From Bacteroidales bacterium (lineage in GTDB: Bacteria; Bacteroidota; Bacteroidia; Bacteroidales; JACABE01): DNA of 64,000 bases. The stretch's first letter is position 1; each line of letters starts with the position of its first letter. The stretch is from the NCBI GenBank assembly GCA_049315385.1, contig JBMOKG010000005.1:46649-110648 (forward strand), written 5' to 3'. This document shows positions 1 to 9,934 of the stretch, in pieces. A program made the position numbers and the translations under genes. The notes beneath the pieces were generated by a model, which did no database searches, was not told the DNA's origin, and saw only the letters and a program-made list of their open reading frames with translations.

Positions 1-19
1 TTTTTAAATAAAATAAGTA

Positions 20-1177
20 ATGAATAATTTTGAATTTTATAATCCGGTGAAAATATTATTTGGCCGGGATCAAATAACGAAACTTTCAAATCAAATTCCT
101 GCCGGACAAAAGATTATGGTAATTTATGGTGGTGGGAGTATTAAGAAAAATGGGATTTACAATCAGATAATTGCTGCATTAAAAGACTATCAATTTATCG
201 AGTTTGGCGGAATAGAACCCAATCCACACTATGAAACTGCTATGCAAGCTGTAGAAATAATAAAAAATGAAAAAGTCGATTTTTTGTTGGCAGTAGGAGG
301 TGGTTCTGTAATTGATGCTACTAAATTTATTGCAGCAGCTGCACTTTATGAAAATGGTGATCCCTGGGATATTTTAGCTAAAAATTCTTTGGTGAGATTT
401 TCATTACCAATAGGAGCAGTCCTTACATTGCCAGCAACTGGTTCTGAAATGAATATGGGTGCAGTAATTACCCGAAAATCAACAAATGAGAAATTTTCAT
501 TTTTAACGCCTTTATCCTATCCTAAATTTTCAATTTTGATGCCTGAAGCTGCTGCTTCATTGCCTCAAAGACAAGTGGCAAATGGTATTGTAGATGCTTA
601 TGTACATGTAATTGAACAATATCTCACTTATCCTGCAAATGCACCTTTGCAGGACCGAATTGCAGAATCAATTTTACTTTCATTAATTGAAGAAGGTCCA
701 AAAGTATATGCTAATCCTGCTGATTATGATTCTATGGCAAATCTTATGTGGTCTGCAACAATGGCTTTGAATGGAATTATTTCTTGTGGTGTACCTTCAG
801 ATTGGTCTACTCACATGATTGGTCACGAATTAACTGCTTTCTATGAAATTGATCATGCAAGAACTTTAGCAATCGTACTTCCAGGTATATGGAAAGCACT
901 TAGAATTGAAAAAAAAGAAAAGCTATTGCAGTATGCAAACAGAATTTGGAATATTGTTGATGGTACTGAAGATGAAAAAATTGATAATGCTATACAAAAA
1001 ACAGTTGACTTCTTCGAATCATTAGGTATTTATACTAAATTAAAAGATTATAAATTAGGCCAGGAAGCAATCGATAGAATTGTTTCTCGATTTGTAGAAA
1101 GAAAATGGAAAGCTATAGGAGACAGACAATTGATAACTCCTGATGTAGTTAGAAAAGCACTTGAATTTCAATTGTAA
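20..1177 (+). CDS. Iron-containing alcohol dehydrogenase (YqhD/BdhA-like NAD(P)H-dependent butanol/aldehyde reductase)
   Basis: GGIEPNP, AVGGGSVIDATK, TLPATGSE and H-x3-H (THMIGHE) plus HARTL metal-binding motifs of Fe-ADH family; 385 aa. Confidence 0.92.
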   Translation: MNNFEFYNPVKILFGRDQITKLSNQIPAGQKIMVIYGGGSIKKNGIYNQIIAALKDYQFIEFGGIEPNPHYETAMQAVEIIKNEKVDFLLAVGGGSVIDATKFIAAAALYENGDPWDILAKNSLVRFSLPIGAVLTLPATGSEMNMGAVITRKSTNEKFSFLTPLSYPKFSILMPEAAASLPQRQVANGIVDAYVHVIEQYLTYPANAPLQDRIAESILLSLIEEGPKVYANPADYDSMANLMWSATMALNGIISCGVPSDWSTHMIGHELTAFYEIDHARTLAIVLPGIWKALRIEKKEKLLQYANRIWNIVDGTEDEKIDNAIQKTVDFFESLGIYTKLKDYKLGQEAIDRIVSRFVERKWKAIGDRQLITPDVVRKALEFQL

Positions 1178-1193
1178 TTTAGTTTGAAGGAAG

Positions 1194-1227
1194 AAAGCCA
1201 AAGGAAAAAATAAAATTCTTTGGCTTT
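1194..1227 (+). terminator. Probable intrinsic terminator hairpin after the ADH gene
   Basis: AAAGCCAAAGGA...TTCTTTGGCTTT inverted repeat 17 nt after the stop codon. Confidence 0.6.
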
Positions 1228-1339
1228 AATCTTTTGTGTGTAATGTTCAAAAAGTAGGTTGTTTTTATGCTGTTGCCAGAAAGTTTTTTTTATAAATAAA
1301 CAGATAAACCTGAGTCTATTCAAAAAAATGATTTTAAAT

Positions 1340-1365
1340 AAAAAAGCTCCTTTTCAGGAGCTTTT
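1340..1365 (-). terminator. Intrinsic terminator of hydrogenase operon 1 (possibly bidirectional)
   Basis: AAAAGCTCCT-TTTC-AGGAGCTTTT hairpin with an A-tract (U-tract on minus strand) about 20 nt past the hydC stop. Confidence 0.7.
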
Positions 1366-1386
1366 CAAAAAAAAACAAGGAGAAAA

Positions 1387-1866
1387 TTACTGCTTGTATT
1401 CAGCAATAATAGCTTTAACGCCATCAGGAGAAACCCGACCGTAAACTTTTTCGCCAATAAGCACTACTGGAGCTAAACCACAGGCTCCAACACAGCGTAA
1501 ACAGCTTAAAGAAAATTTACCATCAGCAGAAGTTTCACCAACAGCTATTTTTAATTCACGTTTAAATTCTTCAAGTACTTTTTCGGCACCTCTCACATAA
1601 CAGGCAGTTCCTGTACAAATTGAAATAGGATGCTCACCTTTAGGAATCATTGTGAAAAATGAATAAAATGTTACAACTCCATATACATGTGCAGTAGATA
1701 CATTAAGTCCTTTGGCAATTATTTCCTGTACTTCTGCAGGCAGATAGCCAAACATAGTTTGTGTTTTATGCAATACATTAATAAGTTCGCCGGCTTCATT
1801 GTTGAAGGATTTGCAAATATCCTTTATCTTGTTTATTTTATCGTCTGATAATTTAATATTAACCAT
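1387..1866 (-). CDS. hydC: [FeFe]-hydrogenase gamma subunit, NuoE-like 2Fe-2S (HydC/HndA)
   Basis: VYGVVTFYSFF, CTGTAC...CVGACGLAP 2Fe-2S motif; directly follows hydA. Confidence 0.93.
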   Translation of the reverse strand: MVNIKLSDDKINKIKDICKSFNNEAGELINVLHKTQTMFGYLPAEVQEIIAKGLNVSTAHVYGVVTFYSFFTMIPKGEHPISICTGTACYVRGAEKVLEEFKRELKIAVGETSADGKFSLSCLRCVGACGLAPVVLIGEKVYGRVSPDGVKAIIAEYKQ

Positions 1867-1890
1867 AACATTGATTTTTTAAGATGGTGA

Positions 1891-3663
1891 TTATTCTTCA
1901 ATAAATACTTCGTTGCTTTTGTCGAAATAGTGAGTATGCAATAAATGATGCGATTTTTCGCTACAAGGTTTGCCTAAGAATTCATCGTAGAGTTTGATTA
2001 TATCAGGGTTTTCGTGAGATTTACGAATAGGTTTTCCTGCATCTTCCTGATAGATAGCTGCTGCGCGTTTTTTCAAAATTTCACTATCACCATGATGTAA
2101 TGGTTGTCCTCCTCCACCAATGCATCCACCAGGGCAGGCCATAATTTCTATTGCATGGAATTTAGAGATACCTGCTCTTACATCATCTAGTAATTTACGG
2201 GCATTCCCCAATCCATGTGCGATACCGATATTTAAGGGTAAGCCATTGAAATCAATAGTTGCAGAACGTATGCCTTCTAATCCCCTTAATTCTGTAAACT
2301 CAAGCTTCTCAAGCTTCTTTCCAGTGTGAATTTCATAAGCTGTACGGCAAGCTGCTTCTATTACTCCGCCTGTATTGGCAAAAATAACACCTGCACCAGT
2401 AGATTCTCCCATTGGATGATCAAAGTCTTCATCTGGTAGATTCAGAAAATCTATATTAGCTTGTTTGATAAAATGAGCCAGTTCTCTTGTCGATAATGAA
2501 AAATCTACATCTGGATTGCCATCAGTTTTAAATTCGTCACGCTGACATTCATATTTCTTAGCAAGACAAGGCATTATAGATACTACAACCATATCTTTGC
2601 GGTTTACTCCAATTTTATCAGCAAAATAAGTTTTAGCAATGGCACCAAACATTTGTTGAGGCGATTTTGCAGTGGAAGGAATATCAAGCATATCTGAAAA
2701 ATTATGCTCAAAGAAATTCACCCAACCAGGACAGCACGAAGTTAATATTGGTAATTTTACTGTTGTGTCACCTGATAAATGTTTACCTAAACGACCTAAT
2801 AATTCGGTACCTTCTTCCATAATGGTTAGATCGGCAGCGAAATCAGTATCAAACACATATTTAAAACCCAAACGTCGCAATGCTGCTGCCATTTTACCTG
2901 TAACTGAGGTTCCGGCTAGCATTCCAAATTCTTCACCTAAAGCTGCTCGAACTGCAGGAGCTGTTTGGACAATTACTGTTTTTGTTTTATCTGCCAATGC
3001 ATTAATAACATTGCGTGTATGATCAACTTCTGTTAATGCACCGGTTGGACAAACAGAAACACATTGACCACAATAGGTACAGGGAGATTTTTCTAAATTC
3101 ATTTCAAATGCAGGAGCTACCACTGAATTAAATCCGCGGTTTACAGCAGAAAGTGCACCAACTGTTTGAACGTCATTGCACATCATTTCACAACGACGAC
3201 ACATTATACATTTATCTACATCACGAATAATTGAAGGAGAAGTATCAACACGATAAGTTGATTTTTCTCCTTTATAAGGAATTTCTCTAATTCCAAATTT
3301 CTGAGCCATGCTTTGTAATTCACAATTGCCTGATTTTGCACAAATAAGGCAGTCGAAAGGATGGTCAGAAAGCATAAGTTCTATTACAGTACGTCTTGTA
3401 TTTAATACACGGATATTGTGTGTATTTACAACCATACCTTCAAAAGCTTCAGTAGCACAGGCGGGAGCAAGGTTTTTACGACCTTCGATTTCCACAACAC
3501 AAACACGGCATCCTCCAGGTTTGTTTTCAATTTTCATATCGCCTAATTCAAAATAGCAAAGTGTAGGGATATCAATACCTGTTTTCCTTGCTGCTTTCAA
3601 TATGGTGGTGCCTTTTTCTACTTCAACGATTTTATTATCTATTGTTAATTTAATCATTTCCAT
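1891..3663 (-). CDS. hydA: [FeFe]-hydrogenase catalytic subunit, group A3 (HydA/HndD)
   Basis: H-cluster motifs TSCCPGW, MPCLAKKYE, EIMACPGGCIGGGGQP; N-terminal 2Fe-2S, His-ligated 4Fe-4S (HPFDCLIC) and 2x4Fe-4S; C-terminal small-subunit SHENP...LLHT motif. Confidence 0.97.
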   Translation of the reverse strand: MEMIKLTIDNKIVEVEKGTTILKAARKTGIDIPTLCYFELGDMKIENKPGGCRVCVVEIEGRKNLAPACATEAFEGMVVNTHNIRVLNTRRTVIELMLSDHPFDCLICAKSGNCELQSMAQKFGIREIPYKGEKSTYRVDTSPSIIRDVDKCIMCRRCEMMCNDVQTVGALSAVNRGFNSVVAPAFEMNLEKSPCTYCGQCVSVCPTGALTEVDHTRNVINALADKTKTVIVQTAPAVRAALGEEFGMLAGTSVTGKMAAALRRLGFKYVFDTDFAADLTIMEEGTELLGRLGKHLSGDTTVKLPILTSCCPGWVNFFEHNFSDMLDIPSTAKSPQQMFGAIAKTYFADKIGVNRKDMVVVSIMPCLAKKYECQRDEFKTDGNPDVDFSLSTRELAHFIKQANIDFLNLPDEDFDHPMGESTGAGVIFANTGGVIEAACRTAYEIHTGKKLEKLEFTELRGLEGIRSATIDFNGLPLNIGIAHGLGNARKLLDDVRAGISKFHAIEIMACPGGCIGGGGQPLHHGDSEILKKRAAAIYQEDAGKPIRKSHENPDIIKLYDEFLGKPCSEKSHHLLHTHYFDKSNEVFIEE

Positions 3664-3683
3664 GTCTTGTATATATTTTTATT

Positions 3684-5477
3684 TTATTGAATATTAATTG
3701 CATTGAATTTACATTTTTCCATACATGCACCGCACTTTATACAAATGTCCTGATTGATGTAATGAGCAAGTTTTCTTTCTCCTGTAATTGCATTAACCGG
3801 GCAGTTACGGGCACATGCAGTACATCCGACACATTGTTCAGCGTCAATAATATATTGCATTAGTGCTTTACATTGACTTGAACGACATTTTTTATCATGA
3901 ATATGTTCTACATATTCTTCCATGAAATTTTCAAGTGTGGAAAGTACCGGGTTAGGAGAGGTCTGGCCTAAGCCGCACAATGATGCATCTTTAATAACAT
4001 AACTCAGGTTTTTTAATTTATCTATATCTTCCATGCTACCTTTTCCCTGAGTTATTGTTTCTAGAATTTCAAACAGTCGTTTATTCCCGATTCGACAAGG
4101 TGTACATTTGCCGCAGGATTCTTCAACAGTAAAGTCTAAATAAAATTTAGCCACAGCAACCATACAATCATCTTCATCCATTACTATCATTCCGCCAGAA
4201 CCCATCATTGAACCAGCTGCAATAAGATTGTCATAATCAATTGGAGTATCCAGATGACGTTCAGTTAAGCAACCACCAGATGGACCACCTGTTTGAACTG
4301 CTTTGAATTTCTTGCCATCTTTGATTCCGCCACCTATTTCATAAATGATTTCACGCAAAGTTATTCCCATTGGAACTTCAATCAAACCTACATTGTTTAT
4401 TTTTCCAGCCAATGCAAATACTTTTGTCCCTTTTGATTTTTCAGAGCCTATACTTGAAAACCATTCAGCTCCTTTATTGATGATAACCGGAACACTCGCA
4501 AATGTTTCAACATTGTTTACATTTGTTGGTTTTCCTAAGTAACCAGAAACAGAAGGAAATGGAGGTTTAAAAGTAGGTTCACCACGCATTCCTTCCATTG
4601 AATGAATCAATGCTGTTTCTTCTCCACAAACGAAAGCTCCTGCTCCGTAACGTAATTCAATATCAAAGTCAAAACCACTGCCAAGAATATCTTTTCCAAG
4701 TAAACCATATTCTCTTGCTTGTTCTATTGCAATTTTTAAACGTGTAATAGCTAAAGGATATTCTGCACGGATATAAACCAAACCTTTGGTGCCACCTATA
4801 GAATATCCACAGATAGCCATTGCCTCAATTACAGAATGTGGATCACCTTCAAGAATGGAACGATCCATAAATGCACCTGGATCACCTTCATCGGCATTAC
4901 AAACTACATATTTTTGATCTGCTTGTGATTTACTAGTTATTTCCCATTTTAAACCAGTAGGAAAACCACCACCACCACGACCTCTCAATCCGGATTTTTT
5001 GATAATGTCAATTGTTTGTTGAGCATCCATTTCTGTTAATACTTTACCTAATGCTTCATAACCATCACGTGCAATATATTCGTCAATGTTTTCCGGATCA
5101 ATAAAACCACAGTTTCTTAATGCTATACGAATTTGTTTTTTGTAGAATCCCATGTGTTTTGAATCACTCACGTGTTCTTTATTTTCAGGATCTGTATATA
5201 ACAATCTTGTTACTTTTCTTCCCTTGATGATATGCTCTTCTATGATTTCTCTTGCATCACCAGGTTTAACTTCAGTATAAAATGTATTGTCAGGCATCAC
5301 TTTAACGATAGGTCCTTTTTCACAAAAGCCAAAACAACCAGTCATGATAACCTGCACTTCATGATCTAATCCTTTTTCAATAAGAATTTCTTTCAGGTTA
5401 TCACCAACAGTTTTACTCAATGATGCATGGCAGCCTGTACCTCCACATACAAGAAGATGCATTTTAAATTTTGCCAT
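3684..5477 (-). CDS. hydB: [FeFe]-hydrogenase NADH/FMN-binding subunit, electron-bifurcating type (HydB/HndC)
   Basis: N-terminal 2Fe-2S (CGGTGC..CFGFC), GRGGGGFPTG, NADEGDPGAFMDR, GAGAFVCGEE, GGPSGG, ESCGKCTPCR, C-terminal 2x[4Fe-4S]; 597 aa. Confidence 0.96.
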   Translation of the reverse strand: MAKFKMHLLVCGGTGCHASLSKTVGDNLKEILIEKGLDHEVQVIMTGCFGFCEKGPIVKVMPDNTFYTEVKPGDAREIIEEHIIKGRKVTRLLYTDPENKEHVSDSKHMGFYKKQIRIALRNCGFIDPENIDEYIARDGYEALGKVLTEMDAQQTIDIIKKSGLRGRGGGGFPTGLKWEITSKSQADQKYVVCNADEGDPGAFMDRSILEGDPHSVIEAMAICGYSIGGTKGLVYIRAEYPLAITRLKIAIEQAREYGLLGKDILGSGFDFDIELRYGAGAFVCGEETALIHSMEGMRGEPTFKPPFPSVSGYLGKPTNVNNVETFASVPVIINKGAEWFSSIGSEKSKGTKVFALAGKINNVGLIEVPMGITLREIIYEIGGGIKDGKKFKAVQTGGPSGGCLTERHLDTPIDYDNLIAAGSMMGSGGMIVMDEDDCMVAVAKFYLDFTVEESCGKCTPCRIGNKRLFEILETITQGKGSMEDIDKLKNLSYVIKDASLCGLGQTSPNPVLSTLENFMEEYVEHIHDKKCRSSQCKALMQYIIDAEQCVGCTACARNCPVNAITGERKLAHYINQDICIKCGACMEKCKFNAINIQ

Positions 5478-5491
5478 AATATTCTCCTCCT

Positions 5492-5893
5492 TTAATTGTT
5501 TTTTTGAATAGTTTCGTAATTTACAGGAATAATACCATCAACCAACTCATTATTTTTGATGTATTTTTCAATTATTTCATTGGCTTTTTTCTCGTTAACA
5601 AAGCCAAATACAACAGGATCCTGATTAGGTAAAGTCACTTCTATGGTTGGTTCTGCATAACAATAGCCCATGCAACCTGTTTGAGTAACAACCGCCTCAA
5701 TGTTTCTCTTTTCGAGTTCATCAATAAAATATTCCATTACTGTTTTTGCTCCTGATGCAATACCACAAGTTGCCATAGCAACTCTAATCTGCACAAGACG
5801 TTCTGGATTATTACTTTTTTCTCTAAGATTTAACTTGTTTTCAAGTCCTTCTTTCATTTTTCTGAGATCAGCCAAAGATTTTACTTTTGTCAT
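5492..5893 (-). CDS. hydD: Thioredoxin-like (2Fe-2S) ferredoxin subunit (HydD/HndB)
   Basis: VAMATCGIASGA...TGCMGYCYAEP; position immediately upstream of hydB. Confidence 0.88.
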   Translation of the reverse strand: MTKVKSLADLRKMKEGLENKLNLREKSNNPERLVQIRVAMATCGIASGAKTVMEYFIDELEKRNIEAVVTQTGCMGYCYAEPTIEVTLPNQDPVVFGFVNEKKANEIIEKYIKNNELVDGIIPVNYETIQKNN

Positions 5894-5917
5894 AATTTTC
5901 TCCTTTTTTTAATTAAA

Positions 5918-6466
5918 CTAATTTGAATAATTTATTTCTATTAAATTTTCGTTTATCATTTCTATTAGATATCTGATTATTTGCGCTTGATTAATGCTAA
6001 TACCATCCATTGCATCTTTAACTTCTTTTGTATCGAATATGTATTTACCTTTTTCTGTAGTATGAGAATAAATGAATCGTATTCTTTCATTTGAAGCAAC
6101 TGTTAAAACAAAGGTTCCTGCAATGTCTCCTAAAATTGGTCTGTCAATATTGTTATGCTGAAATATTGCTTTTAAAATACAACCTTTATTTAATTCAGCG
6201 TTTATTGAAAAACTTCCGCCACAACGTTCAGCATTTTGTTTCAATAATGGTATCCCTAAGCCAACTTTACGAGTTGTTCGTGACGTGAAAAAGGGATCTG
6301 TTACCTTTGCAAGCATTTCAGATGACATTCCTTTGCCATTATCTTTTATTATAATACTATATAAATTTTCTACTTTGTTTTCATTTATTATTAATTCTAT
6401 TAAATCAGCTCCAGCAGTTATTGAATTTTGAAGTATGTCTAATATATGCAAAGATAGTTCTTTCAT
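5918..6466 (-). CDS. Stand-alone HATPase_c (histidine-kinase-like ATPase), hydrogenase-associated
   Basis: N box LDILQNS, G1 IKDNGKGM, DPFFTSR, G2 GLGIPL; no HisKA domain. Confidence 0.85.
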   Translation of the reverse strand: MKELSLHILDILQNSITAGADLIELIINENKVENLYSIIIKDNGKGMSSEMLAKVTDPFFTSRTTRKVGLGIPLLKQNAERCGGSFSINAELNKGCILKAIFQHNNIDRPILGDIAGTFVLTVASNERIRFIYSHTTEKGKYIFDTKEVKDAMDGISINQAQIIRYLIEMINENLIEINYSN

Positions 6467-6485
6467 GACAAGACTTATATATAAC

Positions 6486-7229
6486 TTATTTATTTACATC
6501 TATTTTACGACCTTCAATATTTTTAAATGTATTGAATATTTCAGCAAAAGAAATCTCATTCATCTCAAAAATACTAGTAACATCACCTATACTATCTAGA
6601 AAATGTGAATCCGAATTTTGAATGATAGGAAATGCTTTTAAATAAGGATTTTGATTAAGAAATGCTTCTTTTGTAATATGTCTTGTAATTTCCAAAGCAT
6701 CTGCTTTAATATCTGCAGGAATAAATCCTAATTGACTGATAAGGCTGAATTTAGGTCGGTTTACATGTGCTGGAATAAATAAACCATTTAATTCATGAAC
6801 TTTTTCAGCCAACTCATCAATGGATACATTTAAAGCAGTATTTAACATCATTTCCTCTTCATCTGTAATATTTTCATTTTCATCAACTAAAAGTTGATAT
6901 CCAAATCGTTTAATATCATTTTTTATTGATGGTAAATGAGTCTCAATAAATTGTTGAAACGCAAATAATTTTTCATCATTTTCAAAGAACGTTAGGCAGT
7001 GAACTTCCTCTTTTGTTGTTATTTCTGCTCCACAAAGTACAAATATTCCGTTTTTTAAACCAATTTCACGGCAAGTCTTACATTGTTTAGTACTGTTATG
7101 GTCAGTAATTCCAATAATATCAAGTTTTCTTTCTTTTGCTTTTTTTATTATATTTACAGGACTCATATACAGATCACTACAAGGTGATAAAACACTGTGG
7201 ATATGTAAATCGGCCTTGTAGCGTATCAT
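6486..7229 (-). CDS. PHP-domain phosphoesterase
   Basis: DLHIHS, ITDHNS, GAE, PAHV, NSDSH metal-binding motifs. Confidence 0.9.
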   Translation of the reverse strand: MIRYKADLHIHSVLSPCSDLYMSPVNIIKKAKERKLDIIGITDHNSTKQCKTCREIGLKNGIFVLCGAEITTKEEVHCLTFFENDEKLFAFQQFIETHLPSIKNDIKRFGYQLLVDENENITDEEEMMLNTALNVSIDELAEKVHELNGLFIPAHVNRPKFSLISQLGFIPADIKADALEITRHITKEAFLNQNPYLKAFPIIQNSDSHFLDSIGDVTSIFEMNEISFAEIFNTFKNIEGRKIDVNK

Positions 7230-7561
7230 TTTTTTAATAAATTATAAAGTTCGCCTGCAATTTCAAATGTTTGTTTATCAGTACCTAATATTGGTATATT
7301 TTCTTCATTGCTTTGATTAATAGTATCAGCTTCAGGTTTTAATCCTTTTACGAGTATAATGCATGCCAATTCTTTTAATGAAGCAATTGCCATTACGTTT
7401 TTATGAGTTTGTAATGTAATCCAGGCACTGCCAGTTTCAGCATTTCCCATAACATCACTGAGCAAATCAGATGCATATGCATCGCTAATTTCATTAATTA
7501 GACCTTTATCTCCAGATAAGACTTTTAAATTCAATACTTTTGCTATTTCTAAAACTTTCAT
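7226..7561 (-). CDS. DRTGG-domain (HPr-kinase N-terminal-like) small protein
   Basis: YASDLLSDVM motif typical of hydrogenase-associated DRTGG proteins; ATGA overlap with the PHP gene. Confidence 0.8.
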   Translation of the reverse strand: MKVLEIAKVLNLKVLSGDKGLINEISDAYASDLLSDVMGNAETGSAWITLQTHKNVMAIASLKELACIILVKGLKPEADTINQSNEENIPILGTDKQTFEIAGELYNLLKK

Positions 7562-7563
7562 AA

Positions 7564-8916
7564 TTATTTAGTGTTAAATTTATCACCCCAGATACGTTTC
7601 ATTTTTGCAATAGCTTCATTCAACGTCATACTACCTTTTTGCTCCATAATGCGTTGGATAAAAACACAATCTGTTATATCAGCTCTTTTCATAACAATAT
7701 CTTCTGCTAATGTTTGACAGGTAGAAGCTCCACACATTCCACAATCAGTTTTTGGTAAATATTCCATGATTTCACGCATCTTGCTCATTTTCCTAATTGC
7801 TTCTGACATATTTTCATCCAATTTCAACATAGAACGTGGTAAGATTTTTGAAACGTTCATATTTTTAATCAAATAGTCTTTATGTTTTCTTATTTCTGTA
7901 AAAAAACAAGATGCATTTTCATTAATTTCGCCAGCAACAACAGCTCTGTTTTTCATCCTTTCAACAGTTAAAAATCGATTACCGCTAGTAAGAACACCTC
8001 CGGCACAACTCTCATCACATGCTCTTAACTCAAGAAAATCAATATCGGAAATCTCTTCGCTTTCTATTTTTTCCAGAAAATCAATTACATTGTGAATCTC
8101 ATCTATAGCCAATGCTCTACCATCAGATGTGTCTTTTTCTCCATTGGTTAAGCTCCATAAAATCCCTCTTGAATCCAGTTGATCTTTATGAAGTATCAAA
8201 CTTTGATCTTTTCCTGATTGTTTGATGCTTTTATATACTTTGTTATAAATAAAATCAAGATTAATAACTCCTGTAATAACTGATTTGTCTTCACCAACAG
8301 GACTTTTAACAGCAGCAATTTTAGCTGCACAAGGTGTTATATAAAATAGGCCTATCTCTTCTTCAGGAATTCCTTTTTCTGTTAGAAGTTTTTTATAGTA
8401 TAATGCGGCAATATCTAGCGGAGATTTTAGTAAGATTAAATTCTCAACCAGAGCAGGGAATTTAACTTGAATAAGACGAACAACAGCTGGACAAAAAGTT
8501 GATATAAGCGGTTTTAATGTAGGGTTTTTTTTCTTAAAGTCTTCTCTTGTTTCTAATAAGAGATCAACTGTATGTTCAATTTCAAACACATGCGTGAAAC
8601 CTATTTTAATTAATTCACTGTAAATTTGTTGTGTGGATATATTTTCCGGAAATTGACCAATTAAAACTCCTGGAACTAAAGCAATTCTATATTTAAAGTT
8701 AAATATTTGCATAAAATCGTCATGGTCAACATAAATGGCATTTACAGGACAAACTCTAAAACATTCTCCACAATCAACACAACGATTTTCGAAAAGATGA
8801 GCCTTGCCATTTTTAACCCTAATAGCCTCAGTTGGGCATACTTTAATACAATGAGTGCATCCGATACAGTTAGCCTCACTTATTTTTAAAGCGTGGTGAA
8901 AATATTGCTTATCCAT
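7564..8916 (-). CDS. Putative sensory/regulatory [FeFe]-hydrogenase-like protein (HydS-like, group C/D type) with N-terminal 2x4Fe-4S and C-terminal FeS domain
   Basis: CIGCTHC..CP and CVDCGEC..CP ferredoxins; degenerate H-cluster motifs STFCPA, TPCAAK, ELRACDESCAGG; C-terminal LPKTDCGMCGASTC...C. Confidence 0.82.
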   Translation of the reverse strand: MDKQYFHHALKISEANCIGCTHCIKVCPTEAIRVKNGKAHLFENRCVDCGECFRVCPVNAIYVDHDDFMQIFNFKYRIALVPGVLIGQFPENISTQQIYSELIKIGFTHVFEIEHTVDLLLETREDFKKKNPTLKPLISTFCPAVVRLIQVKFPALVENLILLKSPLDIAALYYKKLLTEKGIPEEEIGLFYITPCAAKIAAVKSPVGEDKSVITGVINLDFIYNKVYKSIKQSGKDQSLILHKDQLDSRGILWSLTNGEKDTSDGRALAIDEIHNVIDFLEKIESEEISDIDFLELRACDESCAGGVLTSGNRFLTVERMKNRAVVAGEINENASCFFTEIRKHKDYLIKNMNVSKILPRSMLKLDENMSEAIRKMSKMREIMEYLPKTDCGMCGASTCQTLAEDIVMKRADITDCVFIQRIMEQKGSMTLNEAIAKMKRIWGDKFNTK

Positions 8917-9335
8917 TAGTTTTTATTCAATTTAACCATTATAGTTACTTCTGTACCTAAACCAACTTCACTTTTAATTTCAAGTTTATCTGCATTTTTT
9001 TTAATATTAGGTAATCCCATTCCAGCTCCAAAGCCCATTTCTCTAACTTGATGACTCGCTGTTGAATAACCTTCTTTCATTGCCTGATTAATATCAGGAA
9101 TTCCAGGTCCTGTATCTTTTAATCTTAATACAATTTCTTCAGTATTAATATCTGCAAAGATTGTTCCTCCATATGAATGAGCCACAATATTGACCTCTGC
9201 TTCATATAAAGCAACTACAATTCTCTTTATTGTAACTGAATCAACATTCAATTGCTTTAATACTTTTTTTATCCGGCTTGAAGCAGTTCCAGCGTTTGAG
9301 AAATCTCCACTTAATATATTGTATTCAAAATGCAT
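8916..9335 (-). CDS. RsbT/anti-sigma-factor-like Ser/Thr protein kinase (HATPase_c)
   Basis: YEAEVNIVAH, DTGPGIPDI..AM.EGYST, GFGAGMGLPN; TAATG coupling to the downstream gene. Confidence 0.87.
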   Translation of the reverse strand: MHFEYNILSGDFSNAGTASSRIKKVLKQLNVDSVTIKRIVVALYEAEVNIVAHSYGGTIFADINTEEIVLRLKDTGPGIPDINQAMKEGYSTASHQVREMGFGAGMGLPNIKKNADKLEIKSEVGLGTEVTIMVKLNKN

Positions 9336-9336
9336 T

Positions 9337-9681
9337 TTAAAAAATAGTTTTTATACCTTCTTTGTAAAGAATACCAGAAGCTTTAAACATTGAGTATTCG
9401 CATTCCATTAATAAAATTCCATTTTCATCAGCAAGTGCTTTCATATCATCTGTAATTTTTTTACCTCTTACATAAATTATATTTGATACATCAGACATCT
9501 CAGCAGTTCTAATTGATTGAATATTAGCAAGACCAGTTAATAAAAGAACATTTTGCGCTTTTACAGTTAAAACATCACTCATTAAATCTGATGAAAAAGC
9601 GAATCCAACTTCGTTTTCAAGCATATAATCTTTTCCAAATATCTTTGCATTTAGCAGTGTTGCTATTTCTTTAATTTTCAT
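9337..9681 (-). CDS. DRTGG-domain small protein
   Basis: FSSDLMSDVL, LLTGL, IRTAEM, VRGK motifs; paralogous to 7226..7561. Confidence 0.8.
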   Translation of the reverse strand: MKIKEIATLLNAKIFGKDYMLENEVGFAFSSDLMSDVLTVKAQNVLLLTGLANIQSIRTAEMSDVSNIIYVRGKKITDDMKALADENGILLMECEYSMFKASGILYKEGIKTIF

Positions 9682-9728
9682 TTATTTAGGTTTGACCTTA
9701 AAATAGTTTAAATAATGATTTCAGGATG

Positions 9729-9736
9729 CAAAATTA
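9729..9736 (-). promoter_or_regulatory. Bacteroidota -7 promoter box for hydrogenase operon 1
   Basis: Minus strand reads TAATTTTG (TAnnTTTG consensus), about 48 nt upstream of the first ATG. Confidence 0.65.
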
Positions 9737-9765
9737 TATAGATTTTGCAAATAAAAAAAATTTAA

Positions 9766-9800
9766 TTGTGAAAATTATAACAATGTGAATAAAATAACAC
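9766..9800. promoter_or_regulatory. Tandem Rex-like operator palindromes
   Basis: TTGTGAA-AATT-ATAACAA (9766-9783) plus weaker ATGTGAA-TAAA-ATAACAC (9783-9800); Rex consensus TTGT(G/T)AA-N4-TT(C/A)ACAA. Confidence 0.55.
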
Positions 9801-9874
9801 TAATTGATTGAAAAGAAATATTTCTTATGATAATTATTCTATTAATTTCCTTAAATTTAGATATTTAGTAAATG

Positions 9875-9909
9875 AAAGAAGGCTGTTGTTAATTCCAACA
9901 GCCTTCTTT
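9875..9909 (-). terminator. Intrinsic terminator of hydrogenase operon 2
   Basis: 14-bp perfect stem AAAGAAGGCTGTTG / CAACAGCCTTCTTT, 25 nt after the hydA2 stop. Confidence 0.8.
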
Positions 9910-9934
9910 GAAGTAAGTAATTACAATTAATTTA

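Noticed and set aside
1259-1444. 61-aa plus-strand ORF
   Set aside because: Runs through a terminator hairpin and A-tracts, overlaps the hydC end in antisense, TTG start, no motif
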